Assembly: GCA_045888315.1 (NCBI GenBank)
Contig: JBGCVQ010000125.1
Span: 23,480 to 87,479 of the forward strand
Direction: 5' to 3'
Length of the DNA: 64,000 bases
Origin: Anaerolineales bacterium
GTDB lineage: Bacteria > Chloroflexota > Anaerolineae > Anaerolineales > UBA11858
Each line of letters opens with the position of its first letter. Positions within the stretch are counted from its first letter, which is position 1. Positions 17,925-26,749 of the stretch are shown here, piece after piece. The notes beneath the pieces were generated by a model that was not told the DNA's origin, did not search any database, and saw only the letters and a program-made list of their open reading frames with translations. The translations under genes were made by a program, and so were the position numbers.

Positions 17925-18220
17925 TAAAAGGCAGCGATGAAAACGAGTAAGGTTGGCAGTGTCTGCCAGCGAACCCGGAAATGGTGGAAGCCGGGCCAGA
18001 ACCTCCAACCTGAAAATCCTTTCGGAGCCGTGAACTGAAAGCCGGGTGCAACTAAGTGAGCCGGGATCACCCCCCGTTACCAGGGTGCGAGGCTGGATCG
18101 AGAAGAGACCGCCAGCGGTCCCATTCCTGTGAGCCCTCGCCGAGAGCCCGCCCCAGGCGGGAATCCGGGTGGTACCGCGTGAGTTGACACTCTCGTCCCG
18201 ATCGGGACGGGAGTTTTTTG
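17925..18220 (+). promoter_or_regulatory. T-box riboswitch leader (Ile) controlling ileS by transcription termination
   Basis: - Stem I base with K-turn-like GGCAGCGAUGAAAACGAGUA (from 17930).
- Stem GGUUGG/CCAACC, then specifier-loop GAAAAUCC (AUC at 18016-18018).
- Canonical T-box AAUCCGGGUGGUACCGCG (18162-18179, UGGU bulge at 18170-18173).
- Terminator CUCUCGUCCC-gauc-GGGACGGGAG (18190-18213) plus U6 (18214-18219). Its 5' arm can alternatively pair with the T-box. Confidence 0.9.
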
Positions 18221-18234
18221 TATCAGGAGGCAGA

Positions 18235-21200
18235 ATGGCTATTGAAAAAGCGCCTAATGAAGTCGACTTTATCAAGCAGGAACATAACACCTTGAAATTC
18301 TGGGACGAGATCAAGGCCTTCCAGACCCTGCGCGAGCTGCGCCAGGATCAACCGATCTGGTCCTTCATCGACGGCCCGATCACGGCCAATAACCCCATGG
18401 GCGTCCACCACGGCTGGGGCAGGACCTACAAGGACCTCTTCAACCGCTTCTGGGCCATGCAGGGCCGCGATCTGCGCTATCAGAACGGTTTTGACTGCCA
18501 GGGGCTGTGGGTCGAGGTAGAGGTCGAGAAAGAAAAGGGGTTTGAGTCCAAAAAGGACATCGAGAGCTACGGACTGGCAAAATTCGTGCGTGAGTGTAAA
18601 GCCCGGGTTCTGAACTATGCCGCGGTGCAGACGGAACAATCCATCCGCCTGGGATACTGGATGGACTGGAATGATCCCGACCATCTCCGGGAGCTGGCGG
18701 ATCAACTCCTGGAAGATCCGCTCCAGGAGATCACCGTGCCAGGCACCCAGGGAGAGGTCACTGACACGGTCGAAGGTATCGTTGGCCGCTTGGGCTTGCG
18801 GGAATTAGGTGGAAGCTATTTCACCTTCTCCAATGAGAATAACTACATGATCTGGAAATTCCTCAAGAAAACCTGGGAGAACGGCTGGCTTTACCGGGGT
18901 GCTGACGTTATGCCTTGGTGCCCCCGCTGCGCCACTGCCATCAGCCAGCACGAGATCGTTACTGATGGTTACGCGGAGCTCACGCACCGCTCGGTCACCC
19001 TGCGCTTCCCTCTCCGCGACCAGCCCGGGGAATCCCTCTTGGTATGGACGACGACTCCCTGGACCCTGACTTCCAATGTTGCCGCAGCAGTGGGGCCGGA
19101 TCTGGATTATCTCAAGGTCCGCCTCACGCTCCCGGCGCCGAACGAGGGTCAGGAACATATCGTTTATCTCTCCAAAGGCACCCTGGGGATGCTCCGGGGA
19201 GAATACCAGGTGCTCGGCGAACTGAAAGGCACCGAGATGGAAGGCTGGACCTATGATGGTCCCTTTGATGAACTTCCCGCAGCCCAGACTGTGGGAGGTG
19301 TGACCGAGCTGAAGGAACTCCGGGAAGGGGTTGAACTCAGCGCGGAAAAAGCCCACCAGGTGATTCTCTGGGACGAAGTTGGGGAAGAGGAAGGTACCGG
19401 GATTGTCCACATCGCTCCTGGCTGCGGAGCGGAGGACTTCCAGCTTTCCTTCGAGTCCGCTCTCCCCCGCCTAGCGCCGCTCACGGAGGAGGGCTACTTC
19501 ATCGAGGGTTTTGATTGGCTCACTGGCTTGCATGTCTCGGAGGTTGCCGACCCGATCTTCACGGATCTGGAGAGGAAAGGGGTGCTGTACCACGTTGAGC
19601 CCTACACTCACCGCTACCCCACCTGCTGGCGCTGCAAGACTGAACTGGTTTTCCGGCTGGTGGATGAATGGTTCATCAGCATGGGCGAGAGTTATGAAAA
19701 ACCCCGCGAACAGCTGACCGAGGAAGAAAAAGCGGCCAGCCTGCGCTACCAGATCATGGATGTGGTGGATCAGATCCGCTGGATCCCGGAATTCGGTTTG
19801 GCCCGCGAGCAGGATTGGTTGAAGAATATGCATGACTGGATGATCTCCAAGAAGCGCTATTGGGGGCTGGCGCTGCCCATCTGGGTCTGCGATGACTGCG
19901 ATCACTATCATGTCATCGGTGACGACCAGGAACTGAAAGAAAGGGCTGTTGAGGGCTATGAGGCCTTGAAAGGCCATACACCCCACCGGCCGTTCATTGA
20001 CGAGGTCGTCCTGAAGTGTGACCATTGCGGAGGCATGATGCACCGCATCCCGGATGTGGGCAATCCCTGGCTGGACGCGGGCATCGTACCCTTCTCCACC
20101 CTTGGCTACCGCACGGACCCTGAATACTGGAAAAAATGGTACCCCGCAGCCTGGATCAGCGAATCCTTCCCGGGCCAGTTCCGGAACTGGTTCTACAGCC
20201 TGCTGGCAATGGCCACCGTCCTGGATAATTCCGCTCCTTTCCTGGAGAATTTCAGCTACGCCAGCCTGCTGGCTGAAGACGGCCGCCAGATGCATAAGTC
20301 CTGGGGTAATTCTATCGAGTTCAACGAGGCAGCCGATAAAATGGGTGTCGATGTCATGCGCTGGCTGTACTGCGCCCATAAACCGGAGAACAATCTGCTG
20401 TTTGGCTTCCACCGGGCGGAGGAAACCCGGCGGAGGTTCATTCTCCCTTTCTGGAATGTCTACTCCTTCTTCACCACCTATGCTGAAATTGATGGGTGGG
20501 AACCTGGACTCAAGGCTTTTGATCCGGACATTCCGGAAGGGCCTACGCCTGAATCCGATAACCCCCTTGACCGCTGGATCCTGGGCCGGTTGAACCAGGC
20601 GGTCGCTGAGGTGAGGGCGGATTTCGAGAATTCGGACGCTTACAGTGCCACCCAGGAATTTGAAACCCTGCTGGACGATCTCAGCAATTGGTATGTCCGC
20701 CGGTCGCGCAGGCGCTACTGGAAAACCGAGACGGATACTGACAAGTCGACCGCCTACCTGACTCTGTGGCACGTTCTGGTGAAAATGAGCCGCGCCTTAG
20801 CTCCAGTCCTGCCGTTCATGACTGAGGAGATCTACCAGAATCTGGTGCGGTCCTTGTTCCCGGATGCCCGCGAGAGCATCCACCATACGCTGTGGCCTAA
20901 AGTGGATCAGGCTGCCGTGGATGAGAAGTTGATCGAGCAGATGAAGCTGGCCAGGGAAACGGCCAGCCAGGGTCTCAGCGCCCGCAGCAACGCTGGCATC
21001 AAGGTCCGCCAGCCTTTATCACAGGTGCTGATCTACGTCAAAGAAGGAAGGGCAGAATTGGATCCGGCTTTGGTGGAGATCGTTCAGGATGAACTCAACA
21101 TCAAGGAGCTCTCCTTTGTCGAGGACCCCGGGTCGCTGCTGACCTACAAGATCCTTCCAGATAACAAACTCCTCGGACCCAAGTTCGGAGCTGACTTCCC

Positions 21201-21675
21201 TAAGGTCAGAGCCGCTCTAGAAGAAGTCGATCCCGATCGGATCGCTAACCTGGTGAACAATGGTGAAAACGTGTCACTCGAAGTTGAGGGGATGAAGATC
21301 GCCCTCACCCCAGAAGAGATCCTGGTCCAGACCGAGGGAGCGGAAGGTCTCTCCACTGTGGACGGCAAGCTGCTGACAGTAGCCATCGATACCGAGATCA
21401 CGCCGGCGCTGCGGGATGAAGGACTGGCCCGGGAGATGGTCCGGCGCATCCAAGACTTCCGGAAGCAGGCTGATTTCGATATTGCTGACCGGATCGCACT
21501 GGTTTACCAGGCGACTCCTGACCTGAAGAAAGCCATCGAAGCCCACCGTGACTACATCATGGGAGAGACCCTCACCCTGGAGATGACCGAGGGCAAACCA
21601 GAACAAGGGATGTTCAGCGGCACAGCCAGTTTTGAAGGCGAGGAAGCTACCCTGGGTTTGAAAGTGGTAGGATAA
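18235..21675 (+). CDS. ileS: isoleucine--tRNA ligase
   Basis: A class I aaRS with a CP1 editing insertion, about 1146 aa. Start ATG 18235 is preceded by AGGAGG (18225-18230). Track ORF 18169..21675 includes 22 extra codons that lie over the terminator. Confidence 0.95.
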   Translation: MAIEKAPNEVDFIKQEHNTLKFWDEIKAFQTLRELRQDQPIWSFIDGPITANNPMGVHHGWGRTYKDLFNRFWAMQGRDLRYQNGFDCQGLWVEVEVEKEKGFESKKDIESYGLAKFVRECKARVLNYAAVQTEQSIRLGYWMDWNDPDHLRELADQLLEDPLQEITVPGTQGEVTDTVEGIVGRLGLRELGGSYFTFSNENNYMIWKFLKKTWENGWLYRGADVMPWCPRCATAISQHEIVTDGYAELTHRSVTLRFPLRDQPGESLLVWTTTPWTLTSNVAAAVGPDLDYLKVRLTLPAPNEGQEHIVYLSKGTLGMLRGEYQVLGELKGTEMEGWTYDGPFDELPAAQTVGGVTELKELREGVELSAEKAHQVILWDEVGEEEGTGIVHIAPGCGAEDFQLSFESALPRLAPLTEEGYFIEGFDWLTGLHVSEVADPIFTDLERKGVLYHVEPYTHRYPTCWRCKTELVFRLVDEWFISMGESYEKPREQLTEEEKAASLRYQIMDVVDQIRWIPEFGLAREQDWLKNMHDWMISKKRYWGLALPIWVCDDCDHYHVIGDDQELKERAVEGYEALKGHTPHRPFIDEVVLKCDHCGGMMHRIPDVGNPWLDAGIVPFSTLGYRTDPEYWKKWYPAAWISESFPGQFRNWFYSLLAMATVLDNSAPFLENFSYASLLAEDGRQMHKSWGNSIEFNEAADKMGVDVMRWLYCAHKPENNLLFGFHRAEETRRRFILPFWNVYSFFTTYAEIDGWEPGLKAFDPDIPEGPTPESDNPLDRWILGRLNQAVAEVRADFENSDAYSATQEFETLLDDLSNWYVRRSRRRYWKTETDTDKSTAYLTLWHVLVKMSRALAPVLPFMTEEIYQNLVRSLFPDARESIHHTLWPKVDQAAVDEKLIEQMKLARETASQGLSARSNAGIKVRQPLSQVLIYVKEGRAELDPALVEIVQDELNIKELSFVEDPGSLLTYKILPDNKLLGPKFGADFPKVRAALEEVDPDRIANLVNNGENVSLEVEGMKIALTPEEILVQTEGAEGLSTVDGKLLTVAIDTEITPALRDEGLAREMVRRIQDFRKQADFDIADRIALVYQATPDLKKAIEAHRDYIMGETLTLEMTEGKPEQGMFSGTASFEGEEATLGLKVVG

Positions 21676-21687
21676 AGTGGACGAGGA

Positions 21688-21720
21688 CAGGCCAGGGTCT
21701 CCTGGGAGATCCCTGGCCTG
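21688..21720 (+). terminator. hairpin terminator after ileS
   Basis: CAGGCCAGGGTCTCC...GGAGATCCCTGGCCTG is a long GC-rich stem, followed by the T-rich ATATTTCTTTGTT. Confidence 0.7.
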
Positions 21721-21729
21721 ATATTTCTT

Positions 21730-21738
21730 TGTTATAAT
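21730..21738 (+). promoter_or_regulatory. extended -10 promoter element upstream of the tyrS leader
   Basis: TGtTATAAT. The predicted +1 (about 21745-21746) coincides with ATG 21746. Confidence 0.4.
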
Positions 21739-21745
21739 CAAAATC

Positions 21746-21790
21746 ATGAGTCTGGAACGTTTTGAGAACCGCTATTATCTCCGATCATAG
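21746..21790 (+). CDS. candidate leaderless 14-codon leader peptide (MSLERFENRYYLRS) upstream of tyrS
   Basis: ATG AGT CTG GAA CGT TTT GAG AAC CGC TAT TAT CTC CGA TCA TAG. The tandem Tyr codons are at 21773-21778. Two hairpins follow, at 21790-21823 and 21826-21853. This call is speculative. Confidence 0.25.
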   Translation: MSLERFENRYYLRS

Positions 21791-21825
21791 AAGCGCTGAA
21801 ACCTAGCTCTGGTCCAGTGCTTCCC

Positions 21826-21860
21826 AACACGCCCTCCCAACCGGGGGCGTGTTATTATGT
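21826..21860 (+). terminator. terminator-like hairpin in the tyrS 5' region
   Basis: AACACGCCC (21826-21834) pairs with GGGCGTGTT (21845-21853), followed by the U-rich ATTATGT. Confidence 0.35.
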
Positions 21861-21889
21861 AGAGGAAGTGATTACCCCGGGAGGATCGC

Positions 21890-23116
21890 ATGGGAATGAA
21901 AAAAATGACCCTGGACGAACAAGTCGCCTACCTGATGCAGGGCGCTGAATACGGCGACGACCAGGTGAAAGCCGCCATGAGTGCCGAGCTCAAAGAGCGT
22001 CTGGAAGAGGCCCACAAGGCAGGCCGCCCATTGAAAGTCTACTGCGGCTACGATCCTACCGCACCTGATCTGCATCTCGGTCATACCGTGACCATGCGCA
22101 AGCTCCGCCAATTCCAGGAGCTGGGCCACGAGGTGACATTCCTGATCGGCGATTTCACATCCCTGGTCGGAGATCCCTCGGATAAGGACAAATTGCGGCC
22201 TCGCTTATCCAGGGAGCAGGTCCTGCAGAATGCCCAGACCTATGCCGAACAGGCTTTCCGGATCCTCGACCGGGATAAGACCATCATCAAATACAATTCG
22301 GAATGGCTTTCTAAACTGACCTTTGAGGACGTCATCCGCATCAGCGCCAATTTCACCGTTCAGCAGTTCTTGACACGGGACAATTTTGCCAAGCGTTTTG
22401 ATAATGGCGATGCCATCTTCCTCCATGAATTCTTCTACGCCTGGATGCAGGGTTACGACGCCTACATGTTGGACGCCGATGTCCAGGTGGGCGGTACCGA
22501 CCAGCTTTTCAATATCGTCACAGCCGCCAGGAAGCTGATGGCTGCCCTGGGGAAGAGGCCGAATATCGGAATCACCATGTCGATCCTGCCCGGAACGGAT
22601 GGGGAGGTTCGTATGAGCAAATCCCTCGGTAACGATATCCCCATCTCTGGCGATCCGTCTGATATGTACGGCAAGATCATGTCCCTCCCCGACAAGGCAA
22701 TGGGCGTTTTCAGCCGGTTGGTGACCAGCTGGACCCCGGATGAGATCGAGAAATTCGAATCCGAGATTGCCAGCGGCGCGATCCATCCCAAGGATGCCAA
22801 GATGGAGCTGGCCAGGGAGATCGTCACCATCTACCATGGAGCGGACCAGGCTGCCAAAGCCGAAGATGATTTTGTGCGCGTTTTCCAAGAGCAAGGTCTA
22901 CCGCAGGAAATCGAGACCTATCAGCTTCAGAGTGGCCAGACCGTCCTTGATGTCCTGGTGGATTCCGGGTTGGTCGACAGCCGCAGCCAGGCCAGACGGC
23001 TGATCGAGCAGAGCGCTGTCCGGCTCGATGACCAGAAACTGGACGATCCATTCCAGGAATTTCCCGGACCAGGCGTGCTCCAGGTCGGCAAGCGGCGCTT
23101 CATCAGGGTCAGCTAA
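21890..23116 (+). CDS. tyrS: tyrosine--tRNA ligase
   Basis: HIGH-type motif DLHLGH, KMSKS, GGTDQ and a C-terminal S4 domain (SRSQARRLIEQSAVRLDD). A GGGAGG SD precedes ATG 21890. Confidence 0.95.
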   Translation: MGMKKMTLDEQVAYLMQGAEYGDDQVKAAMSAELKERLEEAHKAGRPLKVYCGYDPTAPDLHLGHTVTMRKLRQFQELGHEVTFLIGDFTSLVGDPSDKDKLRPRLSREQVLQNAQTYAEQAFRILDRDKTIIKYNSEWLSKLTFEDVIRISANFTVQQFLTRDNFAKRFDNGDAIFLHEFFYAWMQGYDAYMLDADVQVGGTDQLFNIVTAARKLMAALGKRPNIGITMSILPGTDGEVRMSKSLGNDIPISGDPSDMYGKIMSLPDKAMGVFSRLVTSWTPDEIEKFESEIASGAIHPKDAKMELAREIVTIYHGADQAAKAEDDFVRVFQEQGLPQEIETYQLQSGQTVLDVLVDSGLVDSRSQARRLIEQSAVRLDDQKLDDPFQEFPGPGVLQVGKRRFIRVS

Positions 23117-23183
23117 GACCTGCATTCCAGGAGTATAATCCCGATCAGGCAGCAGATGATCACCCTGCTGCGCAGGAGATTCC

Positions 23184-23897
23184 ATGTCCATTGATTTTAC
23201 GTTCTTGGTATTGGAGGAGCATCCCTACGGACGGGAAATGCTGCGCGTGCTGCTGGAAAATGGCCTAGCCCCCAGCCTGATCATCCAGGAAGTATCCCGA
23301 GTAGGAGACGAGGAGCGGCGCAAGTTCCTGGAGCGGATCGCTGGCCAGCCGGTGCCACCCCGCCTGACCGAATTGATCTCTGGCAGGAAGCTGCCTGTCT
23401 ACTGCGTCCGCAACCACAACGACGAGGTCTGCCGGGAACTGCTCCGGGACCACCAGCCCGACCTGCTTGTGCTGGGGGGCACCCGGATCATCAAGTCCCC
23501 CATCCTGGAGATACCGGGGCAGGGCACGGTCAATTCTCATCCGGGGCTGCTGCCCTGGCTGCGGGGCTCCTCATCTGTTGGCTGGGCGCTTTACAAGGAC
23601 CTTCCCCAGGGCGCGACCGCCCATTATGTTTCCCCCGGGATCGATGTAGGAGACATCATCGTTTCTAGGGAACTCCCGGTCAACCACACTGACACCTATG
23701 AGAGCCTCAATTACCGCATCGGCATCCTGGCGGGTGAACTGATGGCGGAGGCTGTCAAAGCCATCGAGGACGGAACTGTCAGCACCACACCCCAAGACCC
23801 GGACCTGGGAGAGACCTTCAAAGTCATCCCTGATGAACTTCTGGAAGAAGGCAAGCAGCGCCTGGCGCAAGGGCGCTATTCTCACTATACCCAGTGA
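23184..23897 (+). CDS. formyltransferase-fold protein (Fmt/PurN-like N-terminal domain)
   Basis: VNSHPGLLPWLRG (the N-x-H...LLP..RG motif) and GIDVGDII (catalytic Asp region). Confidence 0.65.
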   Translation: MSIDFTFLVLEEHPYGREMLRVLLENGLAPSLIIQEVSRVGDEERRKFLERIAGQPVPPRLTELISGRKLPVYCVRNHNDEVCRELLRDHQPDLLVLGGTRIIKSPILEIPGQGTVNSHPGLLPWLRGSSSVGWALYKDLPQGATAHYVSPGIDVGDIIVSRELPVNHTDTYESLNYRIGILAGELMAEAVKAIEDGTVSTTPQDPDLGETFKVIPDELLEEGKQRLAQGRYSHYTQ

Positions 23898-23953
23898 TAT
23901 TAGCTGAAAATCAGCCACGGGCTGCCGAACAAAGGAAACAGAGGAGACTGACG

Positions 23954-25240
23954 ATGGAAAAGTCAACTAAGGAAAACTACGCCCTGCATCTTGACGAAGC
24001 GGATACCCTGGGGAGATTTCGGAGCCGGTTTTTCATTGACGACCCCGATCTAATCTACCTGGATGGGAATTCACTGGGCAGGCTGCCAAAGAGCACGATC
24101 CCTCACCTGGAGAAGACCATCCAGGAGGGCTGGGGGAAACAGCTGATCCGGGGCTGGAACCAGGGCTGGTATGAAATGCCAACTCGGTTGGGAGCACGCT
24201 TGGCTGAACTCCTAGGAGCCCAGCCGGATGAGGTCGTGGTGTGCGATAACACTTCGGTGAATCTCTTCAAACTCGCTGCGGCTGCCCTGCGCTACCAATC
24301 CGGAAGGTCGATCCTGGTTAGCGACGAGCTGAATTTTCCGACCGACCTCTACATCTTCCAGGGCGTGATCGATATACTGGATGCAGGGCACCAGCTGAAG
24401 CTGATCCGTTCCGCAGACAGCGTCACTATCCGCGATGAAGACCTTTATGGTGCAATTGACGAAGACACCGCCCTGCTAGCGCTGACTCAAGTGGCCTTTA
24501 AAAGCGCTTACATGTATGACATCCAGGAAGTCACTGCAGCAGCTCACCAAGTAGGAGCGCTGGCAATGTGGGACCTGTCCCACTCCATCGGCGCTGTACC
24601 TCTCAAGATGAACGAATGGGACGTCGACCTGGCTGTGGGCTGTTCCTATAAATATCTCAACGGTGGTCCTGGAGCACCGGCCTTCCTATATGTCAGGAAA
24701 GACCTGCAGGAGTTGCTTCTTCCGCCCATTTGGGGTTGGTTCGCGGACCGAGATCCATTTGCTTTTCGGCTGGATTTTTCCCCGTCCCAGAACATCTCCC
24801 GTTTTCAGATCAGTACGCCGCACATCCTCTCCATGGCAGGGATAGAACCCGCCCTGGATATACTCCTGGAAGCCGGCATCGATGAACTGAGGGAGAAAAG
24901 CGTCCGGCAGACCGAATACCTGATCTACCTCGCCCAGGAAGAATTGCTCCCATTGGGATTCCAGCTGGGATCGCCCCTGGATTCCGCCAAACGGGGTTCG
25001 CACGTGTCCCTCCGCCACCCGGAAGCCTATCGGATCTGCCGGGCTTTGATCGACCCCCAACCGGGCGACACTAATCTGCGGGTAATCCCCGATTTCCGGG
25101 CTCCAGACAATATCCGCCTGGGTATTGCCCCGCTGTATACCAGCTTCAGAGATATCTATCGGGCGATGGACCGTCTAAAAAAGATCCTCGAAAAGGAAAT
25201 ATACCTGCAGTACTCGAAAGATCAGCTAGCCGTGACCTGA
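23954..25240 (+). CDS. kynU: kynureninase (class V PLP fold)
   Basis: IYLDGNSLGRLP, VVCDNTSVNLFK, WDLSHSIGAVP and AVGCSYKYLNGGPGAP. Start ATG 23954 is preceded by GAGGAG; track ORF 23894..25240 starts at 23894. Confidence 0.85.
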   Translation: MEKSTKENYALHLDEADTLGRFRSRFFIDDPDLIYLDGNSLGRLPKSTIPHLEKTIQEGWGKQLIRGWNQGWYEMPTRLGARLAELLGAQPDEVVVCDNTSVNLFKLAAAALRYQSGRSILVSDELNFPTDLYIFQGVIDILDAGHQLKLIRSADSVTIRDEDLYGAIDEDTALLALTQVAFKSAYMYDIQEVTAAAHQVGALAMWDLSHSIGAVPLKMNEWDVDLAVGCSYKYLNGGPGAPAFLYVRKDLQELLLPPIWGWFADRDPFAFRLDFSPSQNISRFQISTPHILSMAGIEPALDILLEAGIDELREKSVRQTEYLIYLAQEELLPLGFQLGSPLDSAKRGSHVSLRHPEAYRICRALIDPQPGDTNLRVIPDFRAPDNIRLGIAPLYTSFRDIYRAMDRLKKILEKEIYLQYSKDQLAVT

Positions 25241-25246
25241 GCCCAA

Positions 25247-26608
25247 TTAATCCTGGACCCGTTCGGCGAGCCCCTGCCTGGCCTGGCGCTCATTGACGCT
25301 CAGCAGCAGGACCAATCCCACCACCAAGAAGACGATCACTGGCAGGATCGCCACTCGCTGGCCTAGCTGTTCTGCGAAGGGCGCTCCTTCCGGCAGCCAT
25401 TTGAACCACAAGAAAGAGGCTTTCTCACCCTGAGCCTGGAAGAAAAAGGCTGCTTCTGCGGCTACGTAGCCATAGATGGTGGGTCCGATAAAAGAGGAAG
25501 TCCTGCCCGCGACTGCGAAAAAGCCGTAGAATTCCGCACTCCGCCCTTCCGGAGCCAATGCCCCTACCATCGCCCGGCTGACCGCCTGGACCGAGGATAA
25601 TGCCAGCCCGGCGACGCCTCCGATGACGAAAAACCCGGTAACCGATTCGACCACGAACAAGCCCACCACCGAAGCGATCATCAGCAGCAGGAAGATCACC
25701 AGCGATGCTTTACCGCTCTGCTTGTCGGCAATCCAGCCTGAGATGTAGGCACCAATGACGCTGGTGAACTGGATCAGGATCATGAACATGATGATCTGCT
25801 GCTGGTCCAGCCCGAACATTACCGCGCCAAAGATCGCCGCAAAATTGATTGCCATCAGGATGCCGTCATTGTAGATCAGGAAGGCGATGATGTACTTGAT
25901 GAACTCCCGATAGTCCCTAACACTCTGGAACGTCCTCCGCAGTCGCTGGTAGGCTACGGTGAAGACGTTCTCGTCAGGCAGCAGCTTCTTGTTCTCGCCT
26001 TTTTCTGTGAACCAGATCAGCAGGGGTGATGCGAAGACAGCGAAATAGACCGCAGTGATCACCAGTGAGAAGCGTACGATCCAGGCTCCTTGATGGGTCA
26101 TCACCAGGGCGAGCACGATGAACAAGCAAACGATCCCGCCCAAGAGGCCGATCGCCCAGCCGTTCCCGGAGACCCGGCCGATCTCGTGCTGGTCAGCTAC
26201 TTCGGGCAGCAGGGAATTGTAGAACACCTGGCCGCCCCGGTAACCGATTTCTGCCAGGATGAACAGCACCATCCCCAGCAGGATATCCCCTTTCTGCACA
26301 AAGTAGAGCAGGCCGGTGCAGATTACCGAGAGCACCGTAAAATAGGTCAGCAAGCGTTTCTTCTGACCGGTGTGATCAGCGATCACCCCTAAGATAGGAG
26401 AGATCAAGGCGACGACCAGCATGGCAATTCCTACTGACACGCCCCACAGTCGGGAGCCTTCCGGACCTCCGACAACCGTCCCCTTGAAATAAGCAGCATA
26501 AATGGCCAGGATGACCACCGCCGCGTAGGCGGAATTTCCTACATCGTACAGATACCACAGCCAGCGTCTGCTGAGGGGAGGTTTGGTGGACTTGGTCGCA
26601 GTCTGCAT
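25247..26608 (-). CDS. MFS transporter (UMF1/Atg22-like)
   Basis: A 12-helix hydrophobic protein with MFS-like organisation. Confidence 0.7.
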   Translation of the reverse strand: MQTATKSTKPPLSRRWLWYLYDVGNSAYAAVVILAIYAAYFKGTVVGGPEGSRLWGVSVGIAMLVVALISPILGVIADHTGQKKRLLTYFTVLSVICTGLLYFVQKGDILLGMVLFILAEIGYRGGQVFYNSLLPEVADQHEIGRVSGNGWAIGLLGGIVCLFIVLALVMTHQGAWIVRFSLVITAVYFAVFASPLLIWFTEKGENKKLLPDENVFTVAYQRLRRTFQSVRDYREFIKYIIAFLIYNDGILMAINFAAIFGAVMFGLDQQQIIMFMILIQFTSVIGAYISGWIADKQSGKASLVIFLLLMIASVVGLFVVESVTGFFVIGGVAGLALSSVQAVSRAMVGALAPEGRSAEFYGFFAVAGRTSSFIGPTIYGYVAAEAAFFFQAQGEKASFLWFKWLPEGAPFAEQLGQRVAILPVIVFLVVGLVLLLSVNERQARQGLAERVQD

Positions 26609-26693
26609 ATCTCACTCCTTCGATGAAAAGGTCACTATTCTCATAAAACCCCTCCGCAACGGAGCGGATACGGTTGGGGTGTGCTGGAGAAGA

Positions 26694-26727
26694 AAAAGCC
26701 GGGCCGATCTCCCGATCGACCCGGCTG
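26694..26727 (-). terminator. intrinsic terminator after the fumarate hydratase alpha gene
   Basis: On the minus strand: AGCCGGGTCGATC...GATCGGCCCGGCT, followed by TTTTTCTTC. Confidence 0.7.
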
Positions 26728-26749
26728 TGATCCGTTTTCCAGCCAGCAA

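Noticed and set aside
16536-18314. 592-aa minus-strand ORF, the longest unexplained ORF in the track
   Set aside because: It runs antisense across the whole MFS transporter gene and through the T-box leader. Its translation is low-complexity (rich in G, Q, H, D and P) with no recognisable motif. The plus-strand features explain the region completely.
19471-20772. Long antisense ORFs opposite ileS (19471..20772), the VIT-VWA gene (55967..57004), gatA (59697..61124) and glmS (62010..63641)
   Set aside because: Each is the mirror of a confidently identified conserved gene. Their products are Arg/Gly/Pro/Asp-rich with no motifs. This is the usual stop-codon-poor antisense frame of GC-rich coding DNA.
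21739-21889. Possible T-box upstream of tyrS
   Set aside because: There is no GGUGGUACCGCG-type T-box sequence and no Stem I features. The region is also too short for a full T-box.
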